Positions 17,396 to 26,238 of a DNA stretch of 32,000 nucleotides are shown in pieces (positions within the stretch are counted from its first letter, which is position 1; each line of letters begins with the position of its first letter). The notes under the pieces are model-generated. The model searched no databases and was not told the origin of the DNA. It saw only the letters and a list, made by a program, of their open reading frames with translations. The stretch is from Promethearchaeota archaeon (GTDB taxonomy: Archaea > Asgardarchaeota > Lokiarchaeia > Sigyniarchaeales > SOKP01). The stretch is from the NCBI GenBank assembly GCA_030606485.1, contig JAUWGH010000003.1:360001-392000 (forward strand), given 5' to 3'. The position numbers were made by a program, and so were the translations under genes.

Positions 17396-18445
17396 ATGAA
17401 TACTTTAGAAAAATTAGAAGAACTCAGGAAAAAGTTAGAATTTAGACCAAAGATTGATGAAGCAAGTTTCTCTAAGATTAGAATAAAAGATTTTACTATC
17501 CCTGAGGTAGATTATGATTCAATTGATTTATCAACAGAATTTCTCGGAAAAAAATTAAAAATACCTCTTGTAATTCTAGGATGGACAGGTGGTTCCGAAT
17601 ATGTAAAACAGATTAATGAAATTTTAGCTAGAGCAGCAGAAGAAATGGGAATTGGTATTGGATGTGGTTCTCAATATGCTGCAATAGAAAATCCGGGAAT
17701 TGAAAGTAGTTTTACAGTAATTAAAGATTTGGCTCCAAATGCACTAAAAATTGCCAATGTATCTGCTACACATCTGAAAAAAGAGAATTTCGGTGCAGAA
17801 GAATTAAATAAATGTATTGATATAATTGATGCAGATGCAATTGCCCTATATTTTGATACATTACAAGAGGTTCTCAAACCAGAAGGGGAAAAAAACTTTA
17901 AAGGGTTACTCGAGAAAATAAAAGAATCAATTCCAAATGTTAAAAAGCCGATTATTGTGAAAGGATATGGAGATGGAATAACCAGAATGGATGCTATAGC
18001 TTTACATGATATTGGGATTAAATATATTGATATTAGTGGATATGCGGGACCAAATAAATATGTAATCGAAGAATATAATTTATACAAAGATTCATATGAT
18101 TTTTCCAGAAATATAGCAAAGGTTTTTCAGAAATGGGGGACTTCTACCGTTCGTTCAATCTTAAATGTTAGTGGAATATATGACAATTCTCAGATGAAAA
18201 TTATTGCATCTGGGGGTATCAGAACTGGAATAAATATTGCAAAATGTATCTGCTTAGGTGCAAATATAGCTGGTGTTGCATCACCATTTTTAAAAACTGC
18301 TGAAAAGGATGTAGAAAATGGTAAAGGTCCTCTACAATCAATAAGATTGATTAAAACATTTTTGGAAGAATTAAAAATAGCTATGTTTGTATCTGGCTCT
18401 GAGAAAATTTCAGATCTGACCGTAGATAAAATTGAATCTTTTTAG
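17396..18445 (+). CDS. fni: Type 2 (FMN-dependent) isopentenyl-diphosphate isomerase homolog, divergent
   Basis: PE....IDLST.FLGK.L..P....TGG, G.GSQ, QE...PEG...F, P.IVK, WG..T, IASGGIRTG..IAK...LGA...G.A, EL..AMF..G. Several active-site residues differ (see findings). Confidence 0.8.
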   Translation: MNTLEKLEELRKKLEFRPKIDEASFSKIRIKDFTIPEVDYDSIDLSTEFLGKKLKIPLVILGWTGGSEYVKQINEILARAAEEMGIGIGCGSQYAAIENPGIESSFTVIKDLAPNALKIANVSATHLKKENFGAEELNKCIDIIDADAIALYFDTLQEVLKPEGEKNFKGLLEKIKESIPNVKKPIIVKGYGDGITRMDAIALHDIGIKYIDISGYAGPNKYVIEEYNLYKDSYDFSRNIAKVFQKWGTSTVRSILNVSGIYDNSQMKIIASGGIRTGINIAKCICLGANIAGVASPFLKTAEKDVENGKGPLQSIRLIKTFLEELKIAMFVSGSEKISDLTVDKIESF

Positions 18446-18486
18446 TTAGTATCTAATTTCCAAATTTTTTATTATTATACTATTTT

Positions 18487-20544
18487 TTGGTAAAAATCAA
18501 AAAACCGATGAATCTAAAATTAAATAGTTTCCAGAAAAAGGCAGGAATATTCTATACTCCAGAGTACATTACTGAATTCATGGTAAAAAACGCAATTTTT
18601 GAATATATATTAACATTCTTTGAAAAAAGATATCAGACTATTGATGAATTAATTTTATCAGACAATCTGGATGACTTAAAAAAATTAAACAACATTATTA
18701 TACATTTGAAAATCTTAGACCCAGCATGTGGAGCTGGCATATTTTTATTAAAATCAGGACAAATCTTATTGGAATTAACAAATAAAATTGCAAAAAGATT
18801 AAATCTTAGACAAATGATTTTCAAAAAACGAGTTGATATAATAGAAAAAAATCTTTACGGTGTTGATATATTTGAAGAATCTATTCAAGAATGCAAATCG
18901 CAATTGAAAAAATGGTTGATTTCAAACAATCAACTTAATTTAAATAATTATGGAAATAAAAATATAAATTTTAATCTAAAGGTTGGAAATAGTTTAATTG
19001 GCAGGTTAAACGAAGAAATAAATGGAGAAGATGTATTCAACAAAAATCTTTCAATAGAATGGAAGCCATTCCATTGGAGTAAAGAATTCCCTGAGATAAT
19101 TAAAAACGGAGGATTTGATATCATTTTAGAAAATCCACCCTATATTTTTACCCGTGGTGGAAATTTTTCTACTTTACAGAAAACCTACTTTAGAAATTTC
19201 ATTTCTAAATTAGGATTAATTCAATCACAAAAAGGAAAGCAATTCCAATCGAATAAATTAAATACATATTCTCTATTTATCCTAAGGTCTTTAGAATTAT
19301 TAAAAAAAGGTGCCAAATTAGCGGTATTAATTCCAAATAATTTTCTGCGCAACACAAATCTCGATATTTATAGAGATTACATCCTTAGAAATTATTGCAT
19401 CAATCAAATTGTTGATTTATCTAATAGTGTTTTTCGAAATGTAGTTGCATCTATTATCTGCTTATTTATTGATAAAAAAAAGCCAGATGGGGAATTTAAG
19501 ACGCAAATCATATCTAATATTGAGGATCTTAATGAAAACATTTATACAGAAAATAAAATAGCACAATCCAGCTTTCTGAAAAATAAAAGTTATGTAATTA
19601 ATATACATCTTGATGAAACATCACGTAAAATTTGTAAATATATTGTAAAAAATTCAATAAATTTAGGAGAAATCACTGAATATATTATTGAAGGAATCAT
19701 TTGCTCAAAGAAGAGAGATATCTATGAAACTCGGCTGAAGTCCATAGATATGCCCTTTTTAGAAGGAAAGAACATTGATAGTTATATTACTAAATGGTCT
19801 GGCAAATTTATTAGATATGATAGAGAAAATTTACATAGGGCAAGGTCTAATGAAGTATTTACTAGCAATAAATTAATAATACAAAGAATTAGTGGAGGAA
19901 CTAAGCCTTTAAAAGCAAATTATGACCCCGGGGTCTTTTATACATTTTCATCGATAAATAATATAATTATAAATGAAGAATATCGAAAGAAGATTCCTTT
20001 AAAACTTGTTTTATTAATTTTAAACTCCAATCTAATGAACTGGTATTATGCAATTAATTTCACAAACAAATCAGAACTTACAGTAAATATTTCAAAAACT
20101 TTTTTGGAAGAGATACCCGTTGTTAAACCGAAAAACAAATCTCTTTTTGAAAATATCGCCGATTATTTGATGTTTCTATTTCAGTATTATAATATTAAAA
20201 ATGAAAAGTTAATTTTCACTGATGATATAATCCAATTCTTTTACGTATTAAGCAATGGAATAATCTATGAATTATATCTAAAAGAAAAAATTAAATCAAA
20301 TTTAATAATCGATTTAGAAAACAAATTAACGCCAATTAGATTTGAAGATTGGATTCAAATGAAGTTTAATAATATTATTTTTAACAAAAAATTTCCAGAT
20401 TTTGAAAAAATTGAAAAGGAGAATCTTGAAAAAATAAAAAATGTATATCATAAATTGGTTAAAGATAACACAATTCAGATTAATTTAAAAAAGATTTATA
20501 AAAATAAATGGATAAAGTTTATTGAGAGAGGTGTTAGAAAGTGA
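18487..20544 (+). CDS. N6-adenine DNA methyltransferase (Eco57I/TaqI-like, gamma class) with TaqI-C-like target recognition domain
   Basis: GIFYTPEYIT, motif I ILDPACGAGIFL, NLYGVD, GNSL, motif IV FDIILENPPY; TRD-like region KLIIQRI...LLILNSNL. Start is TTG 18487 or ATG 18508. Confidence 0.92.
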   Translation: MVKIKKPMNLKLNSFQKKAGIFYTPEYITEFMVKNAIFEYILTFFEKRYQTIDELILSDNLDDLKKLNNIIIHLKILDPACGAGIFLLKSGQILLELTNKIAKRLNLRQMIFKKRVDIIEKNLYGVDIFEESIQECKSQLKKWLISNNQLNLNNYGNKNINFNLKVGNSLIGRLNEEINGEDVFNKNLSIEWKPFHWSKEFPEIIKNGGFDIILENPPYIFTRGGNFSTLQKTYFRNFISKLGLIQSQKGKQFQSNKLNTYSLFILRSLELLKKGAKLAVLIPNNFLRNTNLDIYRDYILRNYCINQIVDLSNSVFRNVVASIICLFIDKKKPDGEFKTQIISNIEDLNENIYTENKIAQSSFLKNKSYVINIHLDETSRKICKYIVKNSINLGEITEYIIEGIICSKKRDIYETRLKSIDMPFLEGKNIDSYITKWSGKFIRYDRENLHRARSNEVFTSNKLIIQRISGGTKPLKANYDPGVFYTFSSINNIIINEEYRKKIPLKLVLLILNSNLMNWYYAINFTNKSELTVNISKTFLEEIPVVKPKNKSLFENIADYLMFLFQYYNIKNEKLIFTDDIIQFFYVLSNGIIYELYLKEKIKSNLIIDLENKLTPIRFEDWIQMKFNNIIFNKKFPDFEKIEKENLEKIKNVYHKLVKDNTIQINLKKIYKNKWIKFIERGVRK

Positions 20545-20773
20545 ATGATATAATAATAGTCAAATTTTACTTTTTTAATCTCTTTTTAATAAATAGTATG
20601 ACTACTACTATTTTTGATTTTTAAATATAATAGAGATATAAATTTCTAAGTTTTAGTAATTTTGTCGGAAATACTTCTCTCGAAAATGATATTGGAGTTA
20701 AGGTTATTAATTCACAAAATATTAAATATTAGAATATATTCTTAATAAAATTAAATATTAAAGATCACAATAA

Positions 20774-22090
20774 TTGTGGGGAATTATCATAAAAAATTTA
20801 AATATAAATCTGAATAATAAACTGGAATATTTAATAATAAAAAACCCATTGGACTTGCAAATAGAAAGAAAAGATATATTTTATCGCGAATCTTATTCCG
20901 AAATTATTGATTATATAAAATTTTTATTGAGTTATGAGGCTGTATCATCAGAAACTAAAATAAAGAAGATCAAAGGTTCAATTTTAATTGATGCTCCATA
21001 TGGCTCTGATATATTAGGATATATTAAATTGATTGCAAAGACATTCACCTTAAAATTTGTAAAGTTAAATTTTCCCGAGATTAGAAAATCACCTAATGAT
21101 TTTATATTAAATTTTCCTAATATTTTTGATAATTTGGCTAAAATTTATAGAGAAGCTAAAAAAGTAGAGCAAGAAGTTAAAGAAAAAGATAAAACTATAG
21201 AAAGAGCTTTAAAATTTATATTTATTGTTGAAAATCAACAAGAATTATTTCAGAGAACTCAGAAAGATATTCATTTTGATCTATTCGAACACTTATATTA
21301 TGAGTTAAAAAATAAGATGGAAAATATTAATTTTATCGAGAATGGGATTATTTTCATAGGAATTAATCATCAAGAGAATACTTTATGCCAAGCAAGTTTT
21401 AAATTATTTGATTTTTATTTAAAAATTCCAACGATTACTGAAAATGAAAGAATAATTATTTTAGAAAAAATTAGTGAAGAGATATCTGCAAATCAGACTT
21501 TTAATGTGGGTAGAATTGCTTCCTTAACTGAAGGTTGGGAAGTGAGTGATATAAGGGAATTGATTAAAATCGCATACTTACGGAATGTGGCTAAATTAGA
21601 TGATTCTGTCAGCGATATTACAGAATTAACAGAAAAAATAATTGACAGAGGGGAATTTATTCCTTCATATTTGATTTCACTAAATTTTATTCAAAACAAA
21701 TTAGGGACATTTCAAACTTCTATAAATTCCTCAATACATCAATCGATAAATCAAAATAGAAAGTTTAATAGAGAAGTTTCAAAAGAAGAACATATTAAAA
21801 TTCCAGAACTTGAATCTCAATTAAGAACTGAAATAGAAAAGATTAGATCACAAAGAATATCAAATTTCATGGTACAACAATTATATGAGGATGCAGCCTC
21901 AGAAAATTATACAGAGCTTTTAGTTATATTAGATAAGATGAAAAAGAAAGAACCTCTTGAAGAATATGATCGAAAATTATTAGCAGAATATTCTTTTATT
22001 TTAAATGACCCTCCAAATATCGCCTTAATACTGTTAGAAAAGGCAAAAAAACGAATTGATAATATTAAAAAAGCATTTGGGAAGGAATAG
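20774..22090 (+). CDS. Degenerate AAA+ ATPase-fold protein (pseudo-ATPase) with C-terminal helical domain
   Basis: Colinear with classical AAA modules: KGSILIDAPYGSDI (Walker A position), FIFIVEN (Walker B position), IFIGINH (sensor 1), FDFYLKIP..TENER..IL, IASLTEGWEVSDIRELIK.A (lid). Start is uncertain. Confidence 0.7.
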   Translation: MWGIIIKNLNINLNNKLEYLIIKNPLDLQIERKDIFYRESYSEIIDYIKFLLSYEAVSSETKIKKIKGSILIDAPYGSDILGYIKLIAKTFTLKFVKLNFPEIRKSPNDFILNFPNIFDNLAKIYREAKKVEQEVKEKDKTIERALKFIFIVENQQELFQRTQKDIHFDLFEHLYYELKNKMENINFIENGIIFIGINHQENTLCQASFKLFDFYLKIPTITENERIIILEKISEEISANQTFNVGRIASLTEGWEVSDIRELIKIAYLRNVAKLDDSVSDITELTEKIIDRGEFIPSYLISLNFIQNKLGTFQTSINSSIHQSINQNRKFNREVSKEEHIKIPELESQLRTEIEKIRSQRISNFMVQQLYEDAASENYTELLVILDKMKKKEPLEEYDRKLLAEYSFILNDPPNIALILLEKAKKRIDNIKKAFGKE

Positions 22091-22093
22091 AAA

Positions 22094-25000
22094 ATTTCGA
22101 CAAAAACAATTAGGTCTAGATCATCATCGGACAAATTAAACCAAGAGGTTTACATTAAAGAGATTATATTAGAAAATTTTTTAGCTTTTTCTAGAGATAA
22201 AGCCGAATTTTCCAAAGGATTTACAATTGTAGTTGGTCCTAATTGGTCAGGTAAATCCACAATTTACCAAGGGATAAAGTTTGCTTTAGGTAGCAATGAA
22301 AGGGACGAAAGATATACAAAATGGTCCGATTTTATAAGAACCGGACAAAACCATGCTCTAATCGAACTTTATATTCAGACACCTGAGAATTTGATTGGAA
22401 TACGAAGGACTGTACTTAGAGGAAAAGCTCCTTTTTTTGAAATTAAGCAAAATAATGAAAAAGAATTCGAAAAAATTAATTCCCTTGAAATAAGAGAGCT
22501 TGTAAAATCATTAAATTATAATCCGGATAATCAATTTTCTTTTGTCAGTCAAGGCAAAATTGATGCGCTTAAAGATATGAAACCTGAAGAATTATGCATT
22601 TTCTTAGAGGAAGGAGTGGGCTTAAAAGGGTTAAGACATGAAATTTTAGAGCAAAAAACTCAAGTATTCAATTTACAAGAAAAATTAAAAGCATTAAAAA
22701 CAGAGCAAAATAGTTGGAATTTTGAATTAAAATTATTGGAACCTAAGTTAAAAAGATTAGAAGATAAGCGAATTTTGCTTAAAGACAAAAAAAGCCTAAT
22801 AGATGAGTTATTATGGGCAAATCGAGAAAAAATAGAAAAAGAGATTTATATTCTTGAAGAAAATATTAAGAAAATTGCTATTATAATTAATGATTTACAA
22901 AAGCAATTAGAAGATTTTACAACGCAAATAAATGAAATTACTGAAAAAATTGAAAAAATTGAAAAAAATTCAGAAAAACTTTCTGAGAATATAGGAAAAA
23001 TAAAGGGTAGAATTTCAGAATTAGAGAAAATTATTCAACAGTGGAAGATTAAACAACAAAGGATAAAGGTACGCTTAGAAGAATTAGAACAAAATAAAAA
23101 CAAATTAAAAGGTAAATTAGACAACCATAAGGCTAAAGGAAATAAGATCTCAGAAGAATTAAAACTCACACGCAAAAATATTAAAATACTAGATTCTGCA
23201 ATCTCTAATATTTTAAAAGAACAAAATGAATTATTGGACAAGGTATCTATTCACAAAGATTTTCTTGAGAGATTTAAGAAGACAAAAGCAGAATTAAGTA
23301 AAAAACAAGATGAGCTTATTCAGAATACCCAAAAAATAACAGAAATTAATGATGAAATTGATATAATTTTCGCTGAATTAAGAGATGTAAAGCATCATTT
23401 TGAGCAAAATAAATGGTTTCTTAAAAATAAGGATGAGAATTTACAAGAAAAGTTAATAAATCAGCGTAATGATTTAGATAATGAAATTCATGATTTAAAG
23501 GAACAACTAAGAGAAATAAGAAAGGATCAGGTTAAAAGAGTTAATGCTTATAAAAGATTAAATTATTCCATTAGAGAAAAAAGAGTATTCTTACCTCAAA
23601 ATGTCATAACTTTAAAAGAAGAGATTTACAATAGAAATCTAAATGCAAAAGGTCCAATAATTGAATTATTACAATATAATGATAAATTGGGGTTTGCAAT
23701 TGAATCAGTTTTAGGAAAAAAAGTGTTATTTAGTTTTATTGCAGGCGATTGGAACACATTTATTCTACTAAAAAAATTGAAAGATAGTTATAATGTTTAT
23801 TGCAATATATATATACCAAAGGAAGAAAATATTCGTCAATTTTCAAAATATGAGAAAATTGATGGAGTATTAGGTTATCTCGCAGAATTAATTAAAATTA
23901 AGGGCAATGATGAACATGTAAGGAAATTAATTTATTCTAAAGTGAAAAATTGTCTTGTAGTAGAAGATTTTACTACAGGAACACTTATGCATAAAAATTA
24001 CAAATTTAGAGGTAAATGTGTAACATTAAAAGGCGAGCAAATCATATCCTATGATTATGTGGTTGAAACACCATACTTAAAGAAATTAGAAGGATTATTA
24101 AGTCCTACTAAACAAATGGATCAATTATATCTGTTAGAAATGGAAATAAGTAAATTGAATGATGAAAGAAAGAATTTAGAATCCCTAAAAACTAAAATAG
24201 ATCAAAAATATCGAGAAGTTTCCAAGAAAATTGATGCTTTACCTACTCTTGAATTATTATTCCGGCAAGAACAAAAACTTTTAAGCAAAAAAGATAATCT
24301 CTTTGAAACAAGAAAAAATAAGAACGAATTGAATGATAATATTGAAATGCAAATCGATGATGTGGTAAAAGAAGTGGAAACTTTAAAAAAAGAACAAAAA
24401 CCAGAATTTTTTGAATGGCAGAAGAGTTTAGAAAATATTCCAGACGAATTTGATTTAAAAAACAATGAAAAGAAACATTGGTCAAAAATTAATGATGAAA
24501 AACAGAAATCCTTATCTGAAATTCAAGAAATTATAAATGAAGAAACAGCTGAATTTACAAAAATAAACATTAGTTATAAAACAACCAAAAAAGAGTTTCA
24601 AAGTAGAGATCAAAAGGCATTTGAAGTATTTCAGGAACTAACTGGACTTGAAAATCAAATTAAGGATTTAAAAATTCAGAAAGAAAAGTATGAGTTAGAT
24701 AAAAAGGCTCTTAAGGAAGAAGAAAATAAAATTAGACAAGAAAATCTTGAGTTTAATTTAAATTATGAAAGAAAACAAGACCAATTGAGTTCGCAGCAAA
24801 ATGATCTCCAATCCAAAATTTTAGATTTAGAAAAAGTAAATAAAGAGATTGGTCCAAAAATATTAAGTGAAGAAATAAAAATACGTCCAATTGAAGAAAT
24901 TGAAAAGAGTCTTCTCGAAGTGAATAAAGAATTAATGAAATACGCAGATATTGATGATACTTTAGAAGTAGAAAAAGAGAGAATTATTAAAATACTTAAA

Positions 25001-25549
25001 AAAATTGCTCAAAATCAAGCGCAAATTCAGAGAGACCTTATTGAAGCAGAAGAAACCGAAAAGAATTTAGAAAATACATATTACAAAAAGTTCAATAAAA
25101 TTATCAAAAAACTAGAAGATTTAATTAATAAAAAATTTGAAATATCTGAAATTAAAGCTCAGTGTTCAATTGATTTATCGGGGAAATTTGAAAATTTAGG
25201 CATAAAAATTAAAGCATCTTTATTAAAAGAACAACTACGAGATATAACCGCATTAAGTGGGGGGCAACGCTCTATTATTGCAATTTGTTTAATACTTTCT
25301 TTACAAGAATTTAAATCAAGTAGGATAATTGTATTAGACGAAGCTGAATTATACTTGGATGAAAATAATGCTGAAATCGCCTATAAATTGATAAAGGGCG
25401 CAATTCAGATGAATAAAACACAAATAATAATATTTGTGCCAAAAGCATCTAAATATATTTATTCAATGGCAGATAAACTCATTGGAGTTGCAAGAAATGG
25501 AGCAATAGGACCATCAACGATACTCCAACCTAAGATAATAAAGACTTAA
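22094..25549 (+). CDS. smc: SMC-family ATPase (full length, about 1150 aa), Smc5/6-like motifs; start codon non-canonical or unresolved
   Basis: The frame is open from 22091: VYIKEIILENF, Walker A GPNWSGKST (22235-22261), Q-loop FVSQGKID, long coiled coils, hinge GPIIELL...AIESVLG, signature LSGGQRS, Walker B IIVLDE. The ORF-track start at 22391 omits the N-terminal head. Confidence 0.92.
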   Translation: MSTKTIRSRSSSDKLNQEVYIKEIILENFLAFSRDKAEFSKGFTIVVGPNWSGKSTIYQGIKFALGSNERDERYTKWSDFIRTGQNHALIELYIQTPENLIGIRRTVLRGKAPFFEIKQNNEKEFEKINSLEIRELVKSLNYNPDNQFSFVSQGKIDALKDMKPEELCIFLEEGVGLKGLRHEILEQKTQVFNLQEKLKALKTEQNSWNFELKLLEPKLKRLEDKRILLKDKKSLIDELLWANREKIEKEIYILEENIKKIAIIINDLQKQLEDFTTQINEITEKIEKIEKNSEKLSENIGKIKGRISELEKIIQQWKIKQQRIKVRLEELEQNKNKLKGKLDNHKAKGNKISEELKLTRKNIKILDSAISNILKEQNELLDKVSIHKDFLERFKKTKAELSKKQDELIQNTQKITEINDEIDIIFAELRDVKHHFEQNKWFLKNKDENLQEKLINQRNDLDNEIHDLKEQLREIRKDQVKRVNAYKRLNYSIREKRVFLPQNVITLKEEIYNRNLNAKGPIIELLQYNDKLGFAIESVLGKKVLFSFIAGDWNTFILLKKLKDSYNVYCNIYIPKEENIRQFSKYEKIDGVLGYLAELIKIKGNDEHVRKLIYSKVKNCLVVEDFTTGTLMHKNYKFRGKCVTLKGEQIISYDYVVETPYLKKLEGLLSPTKQMDQLYLLEMEISKLNDERKNLESLKTKIDQKYREVSKKIDALPTLELLFRQEQKLLSKKDNLFETRKNKNELNDNIEMQIDDVVKEVETLKKEQKPEFFEWQKSLENIPDEFDLKNNEKKHWSKINDEKQKSLSEIQEIINEETAEFTKINISYKTTKKEFQSRDQKAFEVFQELTGLENQIKDLKIQKEKYELDKKALKEEENKIRQENLEFNLNYERKQDQLSSQQNDLQSKILDLEKVNKEIGPKILSEEIKIRPIEEIEKSLLEVNKELMKYADIDDTLEVEKERIIKILKKIAQNQAQIQRDLIEAEETEKNLENTYYKKFNKIIKKLEDLINKKFEISEIKAQCSIDLSGKFENLGIKIKASLLKEQLRDITALSGGQRSIIAICLILSLQEFKSSRIIVLDEAELYLDENNAEIAYKLIKGAIQMNKTQIIIFVPKASKYIYSMADKLIGVARNGAIGPSTILQPKIIKT

Positions 25550-25566
25550 AAGAAATTTGAATTATT

Positions 25567-26238
25567 ATGGAAAAAAATAACTCCTCTACCCCGTCTATTA
25601 TTGAAGAAATTCAAAAAATTTTTGAAACAGTTCGTAGTGGGTCTCTAGATGCTCTAAGTGTAGATTTAAATCCCATTTTTCAAAAATTTAAACGAGCTAT
25701 AAATGCACAAAATCTGAATGAATCATCTTCCGCATTTAGCAAGTTATGTGATATTATTGAAACAAAATTTAACGAATTACAGATGTATTTGGCCCTATTT
25801 GGTCAAGAAAAGAAGTTCTTAACATTTTTAGAATCAAATCCTTCTGATATTGAAGTATTCAGTCTTTTTAAAGGATGTTGGTATAAACCCTATAATTTAA
25901 ATGCATTATCTCTTGATTTTTTAGAGGAGTCTAAAAATTCCCTGGAAAGTAGAATAAGAGAAGGTTATATAATTGAAAATCTTGAAATCCCACTAAAAGA
26001 TGAGAATTTTATATTAGAAATACCTTCAAGTTCATTTCAAAAAACAATTGAAAACTATTTTAATAAAATATATAAAAAATTGCCATGTAATATGGACGAT
26101 CTCTTCGAAGAACTCGAGAGTCAGGAAGAGATATATGAAAAATTTATTATTATTTTACATTTACTTCAAAATGGAAAAATAATGTATCAAAAACAGACAA
26201 ATTTTATTTATATACCAAAAGGTGGAAAAGATGAATGA
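25567..26238 (+). CDS. Kleisin (ScpA/Nse4-like)
   Basis: Immediately downstream of smc. The C-terminal segment ..FIIILHLLQNGKI...Q...FIYI matches the kleisin C-terminal wHTH pattern; size is typical of ScpA. Confidence 0.72.
   Translation: MEKNNSSTPSIIEEIQKIFETVRSGSLDALSVDLNPIFQKFKRAINAQNLNESSSAFSKLCDIIETKFNELQMYLALFGQEKKFLTFLESNPSDIEVFSLFKGCWYKPYNLNALSLDFLEESKNSLESRIREGYIIENLEIPLKDENFILEIPSSSFQKTIENYFNKIYKKLPCNMDDLFEELESQEEIYEKFIIILHLLQNGKIMYQKQTNFIYIPKGGKDE

Noticed and set aside
11977-18824. Short overlapping ORFs at 11977, 12943, 14981, 16096, 16602, 16822, 17671 and 18633
   Set aside because: All are nested antisense to confidently assigned genes and lack recognisable motifs.
20731-20742. 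Perfect 12-bp palindrome AGAATATATTCT upstream of the pseudo-AAA+ gene
   Set aside because: Palindromes of this length are expected many times by chance in such AT-rich sequence; no second copy was noticed.
22935-22975. GAAAAAATT repeats
   Set aside because: These encode EKIEKIEKN in the SMC coiled coil; they are not a CRISPR or DNA-level repeat.
21907-24485. Antisense ORFs 21907-22134, 23035-23241, 24202-24465 and 24243-24485
   Set aside because: Shadow frames of A-rich coiled-coil coding sequence.
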